A stretch of DNA of 62,096 bases, counting the filler. It is 6 parts of 6 records of this genome, joined end to end, with 100 filler letters (N's around TTAATTAATTAA, not from the genome) between each part and the next. Parts side by side here need not be neighbours in the genome. Positions count along the whole stretch, not along the records: positions 18,144 to 25,275 come from SRR2962707_806; positions 25,376 to 40,583 come from SRR2962707_814; 4 more parts are not named here. One strand, written 5' to 3'. Positions 21,852 through 31,154 of the stretch are shown in pieces. Each line of letters starts with the position of its first letter. Within the stretch, counting starts at the first letter, position 1. A program made the translations under genes and the position numbers. The notes under the pieces were generated by a model. That model was not told the DNA's origin. It saw only the letters and a list, made by a program, of their open reading frames with translations, and ran no database searches.

Positions 21852-23324
21852 ATGATTAAACATTTTTTCGCTCTCCAATGGAAAGCCTTTTTTAGATCGG
21901 CTTCCTTTTCTTCTAATTTGGTAATGAAAATTTTTATGGGCTTTATGGCACTTTATATGATTGCTACTTTTTCAATCATGGGCGGAGCCTCTTATTATTT
22001 TATTGAAGAAGAATTCAATTTAAATGCCTTTGAAGTTATAAACAGGTTATTTATTTATTATTTGGTAATGGATTTGCTCTTTAGGTATATGCTGCAAAAA
22101 ATGCCAGTGGTAAATATTAAACCGTTGTTGTATTTACCGTTTAAAAAGGGAAAAATAGTGCAATTCAGTTTATGGAAAACGGTATTTTCCTTCTTTAATC
22201 TCATTCACGCTTTCTTTTTTATTCCTTTTTCAGTAGTGTTAATTATAAAAGGATATCCGCCTTTACAAGTGTTGGCTTGGCTTATGGGGATTTATGCGTT
22301 ATTGTATTGTAATAATTTTATAAATATATTTTTAAATGGCGTAAATACGTTTTTATTTGTTGTCTTTGGAGCTATTATAATATTAGGAGGACTTCAATAT
22401 TATGGAATATTTGACATAACTCTTTATACAGGGCCTATTTTTGAATTAATGTATGGGATTCCATATGTAGCGTTCATTCCTGTTTTGTTGTTGGGTGGTT
22501 TGTACTATATAGCTTTTAATTATTTTAAAAAGAATTTATATCTCGATGCTGGTTTAGCTAGCAAACATCAAGAGGCAAAAGAAGAAAACTTAGATTGGTT
22601 AAATCGTTTTGGGAGTATTTCTGTGTTTCTTAAAAACGATATCAAACTAATAAAAAGAAACAAGCGCTCCAAAACAGCAGTTTTTATGAGTTTTCTATTT
22701 GTTTTTTACGGACTCTTATTTTTTACAAATGCTATAGAAGCTTATCAAGGAGCTCCTTGGCGAATATTTGCTTCTATATTTGTTACAGGTGGGTTTTTAT
22801 TTAGTTTTGGGCAGTTTGTACCAAGCTGGGACAGTTCTTACTATCCGCTTATGATGAGTCAGAATATACGTTACCGAGATTATCTCGACTCCAAGTGGTG
22901 GCTTATGGTAATGGCAACTATTCTTACCACAATTGTAGCATCTTTCTATTTATATTTCGGTTGGGAAATTTATTTAGCTATTATAACGGGTGCTATTTAC
23001 AATATTGGCGTAAATGCGCACATGGTTTTATGGGGTGGTGCGTACGTAAAAACGCCTATAGATTTAACAAGTAATAAAAAAGCCTTTGGAGATTCTCAAG
23101 CGTTTAATGCTAAAACTCTTTTACTTACCATACCAAAAATGATTCTTCCTGTATTGTTATATGCTCTTGGGCATTATACGGTTGGACCATTTCTAGGATA
23201 TTTACTAGTTGTTCTTGCCGGAATTTTAGGATTTGCCTTTAAAGAAAAGGTATTTAATAAAATTGAAAAAGTCTATAAAACAGAGAAGTACAAAACATTA
23301 GTCGCTTACAAACAAAAAAACTAA
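21852..23324 (+). CDS. Polytopic membrane protein (DUF5687-like), probable ABC exporter permease
   Basis: About 12 hydrophobic segments; directly upstream of an ABC ATPase; family name from recall. Confidence 0.7.
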   Translation: MIKHFFALQWKAFFRSASFSSNLVMKIFMGFMALYMIATFSIMGGASYYFIEEEFNLNAFEVINRLFIYYLVMDLLFRYMLQKMPVVNIKPLLYLPFKKGKIVQFSLWKTVFSFFNLIHAFFFIPFSVVLIIKGYPPLQVLAWLMGIYALLYCNNFINIFLNGVNTFLFVVFGAIIILGGLQYYGIFDITLYTGPIFELMYGIPYVAFIPVLLLGGLYYIAFNYFKKNLYLDAGLASKHQEAKEENLDWLNRFGSISVFLKNDIKLIKRNKRSKTAVFMSFLFVFYGLLFFTNAIEAYQGAPWRIFASIFVTGGFLFSFGQFVPSWDSSYYPLMMSQNIRYRDYLDSKWWLMVMATILTTIVASFYLYFGWEIYLAIITGAIYNIGVNAHMVLWGGAYVKTPIDLTSNKKAFGDSQAFNAKTLLLTIPKMILPVLLYALGHYTVGPFLGYLLVVLAGILGFAFKEKVFNKIEKVYKTEKYKTLVAYKQKN

Positions 23325-23328
23325 GATT

Positions 23329-24060
23329 ATGATTACTATAGAAAACCTTTCAAAAACATATAACGGAAATACAGTTTTATCCATAGACGAACTTCAAATT
23401 CCTAGCGGACAAATATTTGGGTTGGTAGGAAATAATGGAGCTGGAAAAACTACACTTTTTAGCTTGCTACTAGATTTAATACAGCCAACTACCGGATTTG
23501 TATTGAATAATGAAATTAAAGTAAATGAGAGTGAAGATTGGAAGCCTTTAACCTCCGCTTTTATAGATGAAACTTTTTTAATTGGCTATTTAACTCCTGA
23601 AGAATATTTTTATTTTATTGGGGAACTACGCGGACAGAATAAAGAGGATATTGATAAATTTTTAGAAGATTTTGAAGATTTTTTCCATGGGGAAATTCTA
23701 GGCGGGAAAAAATATCTGCGAGATTTATCCAAAGGAAATCAGAAGAAAGCAGGGATTGTAGCCGCTTTTATTGGAAGCCCAAAAGTGATTATTTTAGATG
23801 AGCCTTTTGCAAATCTCGATCCAACTACTCAAATAAGATTGAAGAAATTGATTACAAAATTTAAAGACGATGCCGATGTTACTGTTTTAGTTTCTAGTCA
23901 CGATTTACTTCATGTAACAGAAGTTTGCGAGCGTATTGTAGTTTTGGACAAAGGAAAAACAGTGAAAGATATTCAGAAATCCGAAGCAACGCTAAAAGAA
24001 CTCGAAAGTTTTTTTGCTGAAGAGATTTTAAATGAATCTACTTCAGTAGAAATAAATTAA
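23329..24060 (+). CDS. ABC transporter ATP-binding protein
   Basis: Walker A GNNGAGKTT, signature LSKGN, Walker B ILDEP, H-loop SSH. Confidence 0.95.
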   Translation: MITIENLSKTYNGNTVLSIDELQIPSGQIFGLVGNNGAGKTTLFSLLLDLIQPTTGFVLNNEIKVNESEDWKPLTSAFIDETFLIGYLTPEEYFYFIGELRGQNKEDIDKFLEDFEDFFHGEILGGKKYLRDLSKGNQKKAGIVAAFIGSPKVIILDEPFANLDPTTQIRLKKLITKFKDDADVTVLVSSHDLLHVTEVCERIVVLDKGKTVKDIQKSEATLKELESFFAEEILNESTSVEIN

Positions 24061-24075
24061 TGATAAGCGTTTTTA

Positions 24076-24927
24076 ATGCAAAGGATTATTATTGCAATTT
24101 TTTTGATGCTATTTTCTCACGCTCAATATGCTCAAAACATAGTGAGCGGAAAAGTTATTGATGCAGCCACAAAGGAGGCTATTCCTTATGTACACATTGG
24201 GATTGCAAATAAAAATTATGGAACTATCTCTACCGACGATGGAAACTTTCAGTTAAAACTTCCAGAAAATGTAGATTTAAAAAACATATCGATTTCATTT
24301 TCCTGTATTGGCTATAAGTTAGTGTCTGTAGCAGCTTCAGCAATTAAAAAAGAAAATACCGTTTTGCTTCATCATGATATTTTAGCATTAGATGAGGTAG
24401 TGATAACTGAAAAGCAGCGAAAAATAAAATCGAAAAAAATAGGTGCGTATCGTAAGTCGATTTTTAATCTTGGGGAAGCTAATACCAATAATTATGGAGT
24501 AGGTAAGGAATATGGAATTGCTATTCCCTATCCTAAACATGACTATCGAGTTAAGAGCATTAATTTTCAGTTAAGTGAAAACACAATTGATAGTGTTTTA
24601 TACCGTTTGAATATTTATAAAATTTCTTCAGATGGAATGCCAAAGAACTCCATTTTGAAAAAACAACTGTTTGTAAAGAGTTACTTCGGGGAAAAACTTA
24701 TCATGCTTGATGTTACTTCAGTGGCTATTCAGATTGAAGAAACTATAGTAATTACAATAGAGCCAGTGCGTTTATGGTATGAAGAAGATGATGATAATTT
24801 ACTTTTCTACAAGCATGCTAAAGGATATTCTGGAGCAACATACCATAGAAAGTCTAGTTTATCTCCGTGGTTGAAGGATGAAATCCCTGTTCTATCCATA
24901 TTTTTGGATGCAACTTATGAGAAATAA
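24076..24927 (+). CDS. Secreted protein with carboxypeptidase-regulatory-like N-terminal domain
   Basis: Signal peptide; GKVIDAATKEAIPYVHI...GTISTDDGNF...SCIGY...LDEVVI. Confidence 0.8.
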   Translation: MQRIIIAIFLMLFSHAQYAQNIVSGKVIDAATKEAIPYVHIGIANKNYGTISTDDGNFQLKLPENVDLKNISISFSCIGYKLVSVAASAIKKENTVLLHHDILALDEVVITEKQRKIKSKKIGAYRKSIFNLGEANTNNYGVGKEYGIAIPYPKHDYRVKSINFQLSENTIDSVLYRLNIYKISSDGMPKNSILKKQLFVKSYFGEKLIMLDVTSVAIQIEETIVITIEPVRLWYEEDDDNLLFYKHAKGYSGATYHRKSSLSPWLKDEIPVLSIFLDATYEK

Positions 24928-25095
24928 AAAATTCTTTTTAATTCATTTTTTATCATTGTTACCCGATAAAAGTCAATTCTAACAACTTTTTTATCTACTT
25001 CTAATTTTACAGTATTTTAATATGTAGTCTCTGTGCAGTTTTCTTGTAGACAAGCGGTCTTGTATTTTATTTGGATGGTAGATTGAAACTATAGA

Positions 25096-25275
25096 AAACG
25101 TAGCAGTTTACGTTTAATAGCTATCTTTATACGTAGGCAAACGTATGCGCATACGTTTGTTGCCCAAATTTATACGTTTCAAACGTATTTCTATACGCTA
25201 CTTACGTATAGTTTTACGTACTAAAACGTATTCGTTTACGTCTGAGACCTAAAATTATACGTTGCCATACGTAAA
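25096..25275. repeat. Array of ACGT-cored palindromes with ~43-bp period
   Basis: 13 ACGT in about 180 bp; recurring AAACGTA-N6-TACGTTT-like units; runs into the contig end. Confidence 0.8.
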
Positions 25276-25375
25276 NNNNNNNNNNNNNNNNNNNNNNNNN
25301 NNNNNNNNNNNNNNNNNNNTTAATTAATTAANNNNNNNNNNNNNNNNNNNNNNNNNNNNNNNNNNNNNNNNNNNN
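25276..25375. other. Artificial contig spacer
   Basis: N44-TTAATTAATTAA-N44. Confidence 0.99.
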
Positions 25376-25870
25376 ATCAATTGTTGATATTACTGATGCA
25401 AAACTGCCGTCCGAAGGCGTGGTTGTTTGCGTGGTATTGGCATCAGGCCCTACTTGAAACGAAACCGGTTGACCATCAAACAATGGTTTACCACCAAAAG
25501 AAGCATTTTCAAACGTCTCAGTAATTTGGCTTTGTAACTGTACTACTTCTTCTTGCAATGCTGCACGGTCACTATCATTAAGGGCTCCGTTACCTGCTTG
25601 AATTGACAGTTCGCGAATGCGTGACACTGCATCATTAACCCCAGATAAACTTGACTCCGTCACTTGCGAATAAGAGATACCGTCGTAAGCATTGCGAACA
25701 GCTTGCCCATAACCATCTTGTTGCGATGTTAATCGATCGATGATTTGCAAAGCTGCGGCATCATCCGCCGCTGAGTTTACTTTTTTACCCGTAGCAAGTT
25801 GCTCAGCAAGCTTATTTGAAGTTTGCTGAGTTTGGTTTAAAAAGTTAGTTGCTGGTGATTGAATTTTCAT
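25376..25870 (-). CDS. Flagellin-like protein (3'-truncated)
   Basis: LATGKKVNSAADDAAAL, RNAYDGIS, RIRELSIQAGNG, FQVGP; AGGAG RBS precedes the ATG at 25870. Confidence 0.85.
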
Positions 25871-25914
25871 AGCTAACTCCTGCATAGAGGTTGATAATCT
25901 AAAGTATAGACTAT

Positions 25915-26724
25915 TTAGACTGCAGTCCAACCTCCATCTAAAAATAAGCTTTGCCCAGTCATATAGTTTGAAAGCTCAGAGCTTAAGTATGCAATGGCAC
26001 CTTTTATATCTTCTTCTGTTGCCATCCGTGCTAACGGCACTTTTGCGTTATATTTTTCTAAAAAACTACTAGGTTGGCCACGTTCAATGCCACCTAAAAC
26101 AATGTTATTCACTCTTACATGGGGCGCTATTGAGGATGACATCCAGCGTGTTAATTGCATTAAGCCTGCTTTACTTGCTGCATATGCAGCAGGGTTTCCC
26201 ATATCCGTACCTTCATATAAATCCATTTGTGGGCCAACTACCCCATAAATAGAAGAAATGTTAATGATACTTCGGGTGCCATGGTCTTGATCTCTCATCA
26301 ATTCATATGCATGTTGACTTAACAAAAAAGGAGCTGAAAGATTAACATTCATACAGTCATTAAACGTGTCAATTGACTGTTTTTCAAAAGGAACACACCA
26401 TCCAGTTAACTTATCAGTACCAACAAATGCTGCATTATTAATAAGAACATTTAGTTTTTTCTGTGTCATTGATGCCACTGCATCCATTGCTTCAATAATT
26501 GCTTTTTTATCAGCTAAATCACAAACCAAAGTATGAACTTTAGTGCTATTACCATACTTATTTTGGTGAAGATCGTTTAAGGCACTTTCGTTTCTGTCTA
26601 ATAAAATGACGTCAGCACCAAGTTCCAACAGTGTGTCAGCGGCAGCTTGTCCTACATGCCCACTGCCACCAGTGATCAAGGCCCAACAACCTTGAAGGCT
26701 TTGTAATTGTGCTAGGGTTCTCAT
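25915..26724 (-). CDS. SDR oxidoreductase (PtmA-like)
   Basis: ITGGSGHVG, NNAA, YAASK, DGGWT. Confidence 0.88.
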   Translation of the reverse strand: MRTLAQLQSLQGCWALITGGSGHVGQAAADTLLELGADVILLDRNESALNDLHQNKYGNSTKVHTLVCDLADKKAIIEAMDAVASMTQKKLNVLINNAAFVGTDKLTGWCVPFEKQSIDTFNDCMNVNLSAPFLLSQHAYELMRDQDHGTRSIINISSIYGVVGPQMDLYEGTDMGNPAAYAASKAGLMQLTRWMSSSIAPHVRVNNIVLGGIERGQPSSFLEKYNAKVPLARMATEEDIKGAIAYLSSELSNYMTGQSLFLDGGWTAV

Positions 26725-27419
26725 TGTTGCTCCATTTTTTGCACAAGTAACTTCGCGAAATCAAAGTCTATTTGCGTATCGATATCTACAGCCCTTTCTT
26801 TAGGTACACATACACTCGTTACTTTACCTGTCATTACTCCGCTACTTTGACGAATAAAGGCAGGAGTTGTAACGTAAGCAACCGTCGTAATATCAAATAC
26901 TTTGGGGGCATCTTGGCGCCTTGATACTTGTTCATCTGTTTTGATCACCAACTCAACGAGGTCATCAGTTGCGTGTTTGATCATATTAAAAAATGGGCTA
27001 CGATCTGAGGGTGTCACTGTGATACAAATATCGGCAAGTGTTGATTTTAATTTATCAATGGCAGTCTCTACATCAGCCACACTTCTCAAAGGGCTAGTTG
27101 CAGGCAAGCTAATAAAACAATCAAATTTGCCATATTTTTTCTCTACCCACTCAACAGCATGTTGCCACGATAGCCACTCAGCGGATGTATCAGACGCTAA
27201 CTCTTCAGGCCTGTCGATAATTTCTGCGCCTGCAGACTTTGCAACATGGGCAATTTCGCTATCGTCTGTAGAAACAAATATACGGTCAATGATTGGCACC
27301 GCCTTCGCGGTATCAATTGACCAGTTTAATAACGGTTTCCCAGCAAGTGGTAAAATATTTTTTCTTGGTAACCCTTTTGAGCCGCCTCTTGCAAAAATAA
27401 AAGCATAATGACTCATCAT
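26721..27419 (-). CDS. neuA: Acylneuraminate cytidylyltransferase (NeuA/LegF-like)
   Basis: ARGGSKGLPRKN, VSTDD, ATSPLR, DIDT. Confidence 0.9.
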   Translation of the reverse strand: MMSHYAFIFARGGSKGLPRKNILPLAGKPLLNWSIDTAKAVPIIDRIFVSTDDSEIAHVAKSAGAEIIDRPEELASDTSAEWLSWQHAVEWVEKKYGKFDCFISLPATSPLRSVADVETAIDKLKSTLADICITVTPSDRSPFFNMIKHATDDLVELVIKTDEQVSRRQDAPKVFDITTVAYVTTPAFIRQSSGVMTGKVTSVCVPKERAVDIDTQIDFDFAKLLVQKMEQQ

Positions 27420-28378
27420 GTACTCTTTTTAATGATATCTATTAGTTTTAAAGTATCAGCCGCTTGTGCTAAATCTACCGTGTTATGCTCTTTACCTAAA
27501 CACAGACTTTCAAAATCTTTAATTAAGTCTAGGTACATATCATTGGCTTGCCAGTCTGTAAACTCTAGACATTGATGCTGTTGATGATTTAAAAAAACGT
27601 CGACTTTACTTTTCAATAAGTCCCAATGAATCCGTCCATTGGACCCTTTAATTGTACAGTAACGCTGTGGTTGCTGCTGTAGGAAATCAAGATGCACATG
27701 CACCTGAGTACCACTTTTAGTACTAAAAATAACATCCACTAAATCCTCAACGTCTAAGTTCAACTCTTTAGAACTTCGTAATGCCGCGTGCTCCACACTG
27801 AGTGGGCCGAATAACCACTGGGCATAGTCAAATTCATGACTTAACTCTAATAATGCGCCGCCACCAAGGTGTTGTTGTGCCGATACAGAATCACGATAAT
27901 CGATAGTTTGACGCCAATCTGGCAAATACTGGCCGACCTCAATGGTGATATTATAAATTTCCCCAAGAACATTCTTATTAATTAGTTCTTGCATTTTCTT
28001 TGCAGCCGGCATGTACCTTAGACAGTAGCCAACTGCAGAGGGTGTTAATGTTTGCTGACTTAATTTAAGCAAAGATTCAGCTTCGAGAAAGTTGATACAC
28101 AAGGGCTTTTCAATCAAACAAGGTATTCCTTCCTGCATAAGTGTTTTAGCATGCTGTAAATGCATGCTCGCCGGCGAAGCAATAATCACAAAGTAAGGCT
28201 TTAGCTTGATTAGCTCTGCTATCCCTGACACAGTTAAATCGGCGTTATCAGGTAATTCAGTCAATCTGTTCTCTCTTGCAGAGAGCGCAATCACATTTGA
28301 CTCTGGGTAAAGCAGTTTAAGGTTCTTGCGATGACGTTGAGCTATATTGCCAAGCCCAATTACAGCAAAACGTCGCAT
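27416..28378 (-). CDS. Gfo/Idh/MocA oxidoreductase (PtmF-like)
   Basis: GLGNIA, EKP, GGGALLELSHEFD. Confidence 0.88.
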   Translation of the reverse strand: MRRFAVIGLGNIAQRHRKNLKLLYPESNVIALSARENRLTELPDNADLTVSGIAELIKLKPYFVIIASPASMHLQHAKTLMQEGIPCLIEKPLCINFLEAESLLKLSQQTLTPSAVGYCLRYMPAAKKMQELINKNVLGEIYNITIEVGQYLPDWRQTIDYRDSVSAQQHLGGGALLELSHEFDYAQWLFGPLSVEHAALRSSKELNLDVEDLVDVIFSTKSGTQVHVHLDFLQQQPQRYCTIKGSNGRIHWDLLKSKVDVFLNHQQHQCLEFTDWQANDMYLDLIKDFESLCLGKEHNTVDLAQAADTLKLIDIIKKST

Positions 28379-29436
28379 TAACTCATGCCCAAACTACGAA
28401 TATCAACTTGCGCACGGTTAAAATCATCCATGCGGCCAATATCAAGCCAATACTCATGAATAGGAAACATCAATACATCTTTTTGGAGTGTAATTTGCTG
28501 CTCTAAAATTGTTGGCATATCAATATTTAAATCACGCGGCACTGCGTTAACAACACTTGGCGATAACACATAAATTCCCGCATTAACAAAAAATCGTTGA
28601 ATTGGTTTTTCCACCATTTCAGTGATACGATTTCCTTCACCGCTGATCACACCATACGGTATTTGATATTCGTATTCTCGTACACACATTGTTGCGTCAG
28701 CACTGTTATCACAATGAAACTCTAACAAGCGTGTAAAATCAACTTTAGTAAGCACGTCCCCATTCATCAAAATCAATGGCAGCTCTTGGCATACATCATC
28801 TGGTAATAAACCCAATGCGCCGCCGGTACCTAGGGGCTTGTCCTCATGAATGTATTCAATACTTACTCCCCATTTGCTGCCATCACCAAAGTGATTAAAA
28901 ATTAACTCTGGCATATAGTGAGTCGATATATAAAAGTTTCTAAACCCCGCTTTCACAAAGCTTTTCAATACAGTTTCTAGTATTGGTTTGTTACCAATTT
29001 CCAGCATGGGTTTTGGACAGTTATCGGTTAATGGCCGTAAACGAGTGCCAAACCCCCCCGCCATTAGAAATACTGGATTGTCGTATTTTGGCTTACTCAG
29101 AAAGTGCTTGAGCATTTCTAAGCCAACCACTTTGCCTTTATCGACTAGTGGGACAGATAAAATACTCTTGCGTTCCATCAGCTCAATTAATTGCTCTTTT
29201 GAGCTACCTCTGTGCGCAGTAATTGGGGATAAGTTCATTATTTCTGATAATGCGACCTCAAGGCCGAGGTTTTTCAACAGTGCACGTCGGATATCGCCAT
29301 CTGTAACAACACCTAATAAATGGTTTTCTTCATCAACAACAAGCACAACTTGTGATGCCTGTTCATTAATAACTTCCAGTGCGTCACGTAAGGTTCGCGT
29401 TGGTGCCATTAAGATATCTTGCCATATAAACTTCAT
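28378..29436 (-). CDS. CBS-domain nucleotidyltransferase (PtmE-like)
   Basis: TDGDIRRA CBS pair, MAGGFGTRLRPLT, PKPML, WLDIG; ATG at 29436 follows an AGGGG RBS. Confidence 0.9.
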   Translation of the reverse strand: MKFIWQDILMAPTRTLRDALEVINEQASQVVLVVDEENHLLGVVTDGDIRRALLKNLGLEVALSEIMNLSPITAHRGSSKEQLIELMERKSILSVPLVDKGKVVGLEMLKHFLSKPKYDNPVFLMAGGFGTRLRPLTDNCPKPMLEIGNKPILETVLKSFVKAGFRNFYISTHYMPELIFNHFGDGSKWGVSIEYIHEDKPLGTGGALGLLPDDVCQELPLILMNGDVLTKVDFTRLLEFHCDNSADATMCVREYEYQIPYGVISGEGNRITEMVEKPIQRFFVNAGIYVLSPSVVNAVPRDLNIDMPTILEQQITLQKDVLMFPIHEYWLDIGRMDDFNRAQVDIRSLGMS

Positions 29437-29446
29437 CTGTAGTCCC

Positions 29447-30079
29447 CTATTTAATTTTGCCACGACAGCCATAGAGAGTCGTATTATCAGGAATATCCTT
29501 ATCAACTAACGCACTTGCACCAATGATTGAGTTACTGCCGATATTTACGCCTGGCAGTACAACGGCACCAGCGCCTATAAAGACGTGTTTTGCAACAGAA
29601 ACACCACCGCAAAGTACAGCTCTCGGCGCTATATGAGAAAAATCACCTATATTGCAATCATGTTCAATAACCGCGCTAGAGTTAATCACAACATGTTGGC
29701 CAATGCACGCTCCTGCATTAATAATAGCACCAGGTAAAATTTGTACGCCTAAACCCAACATAGCATAGTGTGAAATAATAGCGCGCTGGGACAATACATT
29801 AGTAAATGTATAGCCTTTAGCGACCACCATATCAATTATATTAAGACGTTTTCTATCATCAAGCTGTGGTCCTATAGCAACCACAACAGCATATTGCTTC
29901 GCAGAAAAAATCGCTAAATCATCATCACGTTTATACAGTTTTATATCAGAAAAAATTGCACTTGAGGGGCATATAGGGCTGATTACTCCTGCTATCGCTT
30001 GCTTATTTTCTCTAAGAATATCAGTCAGCACACTCGCATGCCCACCGGCCCCCAAAAGTACTGTGGGTTTGCTATTCAT
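29447..30079 (-). CDS. NeuD/PglD-family acetyltransferase
   Basis: GAGGHA, IEHDC, hexapeptide repeats. Confidence 0.88.
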   Translation of the reverse strand: MNSKPTVLLGAGGHASVLTDILRENKQAIAGVISPICPSSAIFSDIKLYKRDDDLAIFSAKQYAVVVAIGPQLDDRKRLNIIDMVVAKGYTFTNVLSQRAIISHYAMLGLGVQILPGAIINAGACIGQHVVINSSAVIEHDCNIGDFSHIAPRAVLCGGVSVAKHVFIGAGAVVLPGVNIGSNSIIGASALVDKDIPDNTTLYGCRGKIK

Positions 30080-31154
30080 TAATTAATTGACCTGCTTTAT
30101 AGTGGCGAGAGGCATTACACCCCATAACTTTCCAATAAAGACTTGGTGACATACCGTTACCTGGCCTTTTAATATCAATGTTGTCCTCTGAGAAGATCGT
30201 ACCGGGTAAGATATCGACAGCAGCGACTAAGCTTTTTCTTGCTGCGACTTTATTTGCAACTTCGCTTTTTGTGGGTGCTTTAATTTTACTGCCCATTGCA
30301 AGCTCAGTTTGTCTGATCAAGCTGATCATCTCACTTAACTGTGCAGGGTTAAGGGATGCCTTATGATCTGGTCCAGCCATGCTTTGATCTAAGGTAAAGT
30401 GTTTTTCGATAATCTTAGCGCCACAAGCAACGGCAGCTACAGATACTAGCCATCCTTCGCTATGATCGGAGTAACCCGTTGGTAAATTAAACGCGTTTTC
30501 CATACATGCCATAGCTGACAAATTTATTTCATCAAGTGGGGCTGGGTATTCGGTTGTACAGTGTAATAGTGTAACTTTACTTTGCAATAAAAATTGCCCT
30601 TGAGTGCTGCTGTAAGCTGATTCAAAATCCCCTTCGCTTGGGGCCTGCTTCTTTGGAAAAATATAGCCATAGGCAATCACAGCAAGAGCCGCTTCAATTT
30701 CACCTAATGTCGCCATGCCTGTTGATACAATTAAATCACAACCAGATTGAGCATGCTTTAACACCAGCGGGAGGTTCGTGATCTCACCGGAAGGAATTTT
30801 TAACCTAGTTAGTTTTAAGTCGTCGATTAAAAAACGTAAGCTTTGCATATCAAATGCTGTTGATAAAAATTCGATTCCTAATTTTTTACACTCAGCGACT
30901 AATATATGATGGCTTTCATAACTCAATTCCAAACGCTCTAACATTGTTAATTGTGATTCAACCACGCCAATATTGGTGCTTTGATAACTTGCTTGAGCCG
31001 CGTCACTGGTTACAATGTTTTTTGCTTTAAAGGTCTGAAACTTAACCACATCTGCACCTGCACGATGAGCTTCTCTGACCAGCTCAAGAGCCAACTGCTC
31101 ATTGCCATTATGATTAACGCCAGCTTCAGCAATAATTAATGTTTTTTGGCTCAT
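30072..31154 (-). CDS. neuB: Nonulosonic acid synthase (NeuB/LegI-like)
   Basis: IAEAGVNHNG, VKFQT, KIPSGE, LHCTTEYP, GYSDH, IEKHFT, C-terminal SAF domain. Confidence 0.95.
   Translation of the reverse strand: MSQKTLIIAEAGVNHNGNEQLALELVREAHRAGADVVKFQTFKAKNIVTSDAAQASYQSTNIGVVESQLTMLERLELSYESHHILVAECKKLGIEFLSTAFDMQSLRFLIDDLKLTRLKIPSGEITNLPLVLKHAQSGCDLIVSTGMATLGEIEAALAVIAYGYIFPKKQAPSEGDFESAYSSTQGQFLLQSKVTLLHCTTEYPAPLDEINLSAMACMENAFNLPTGYSDHSEGWLVSVAAVACGAKIIEKHFTLDQSMAGPDHKASLNPAQLSEMISLIRQTELAMGSKIKAPTKSEVANKVAARKSLVAAVDILPGTIFSEDNIDIKRPGNGMSPSLYWKVMGCNASRHYKAGQLINE

Noticed and set aside
25096-25275. ACGT array as a CRISPR array
   Set aside because: There is no conserved 23-47-nt repeat with unique spacers, only 4-7-nt cores, and no cas genes are present.
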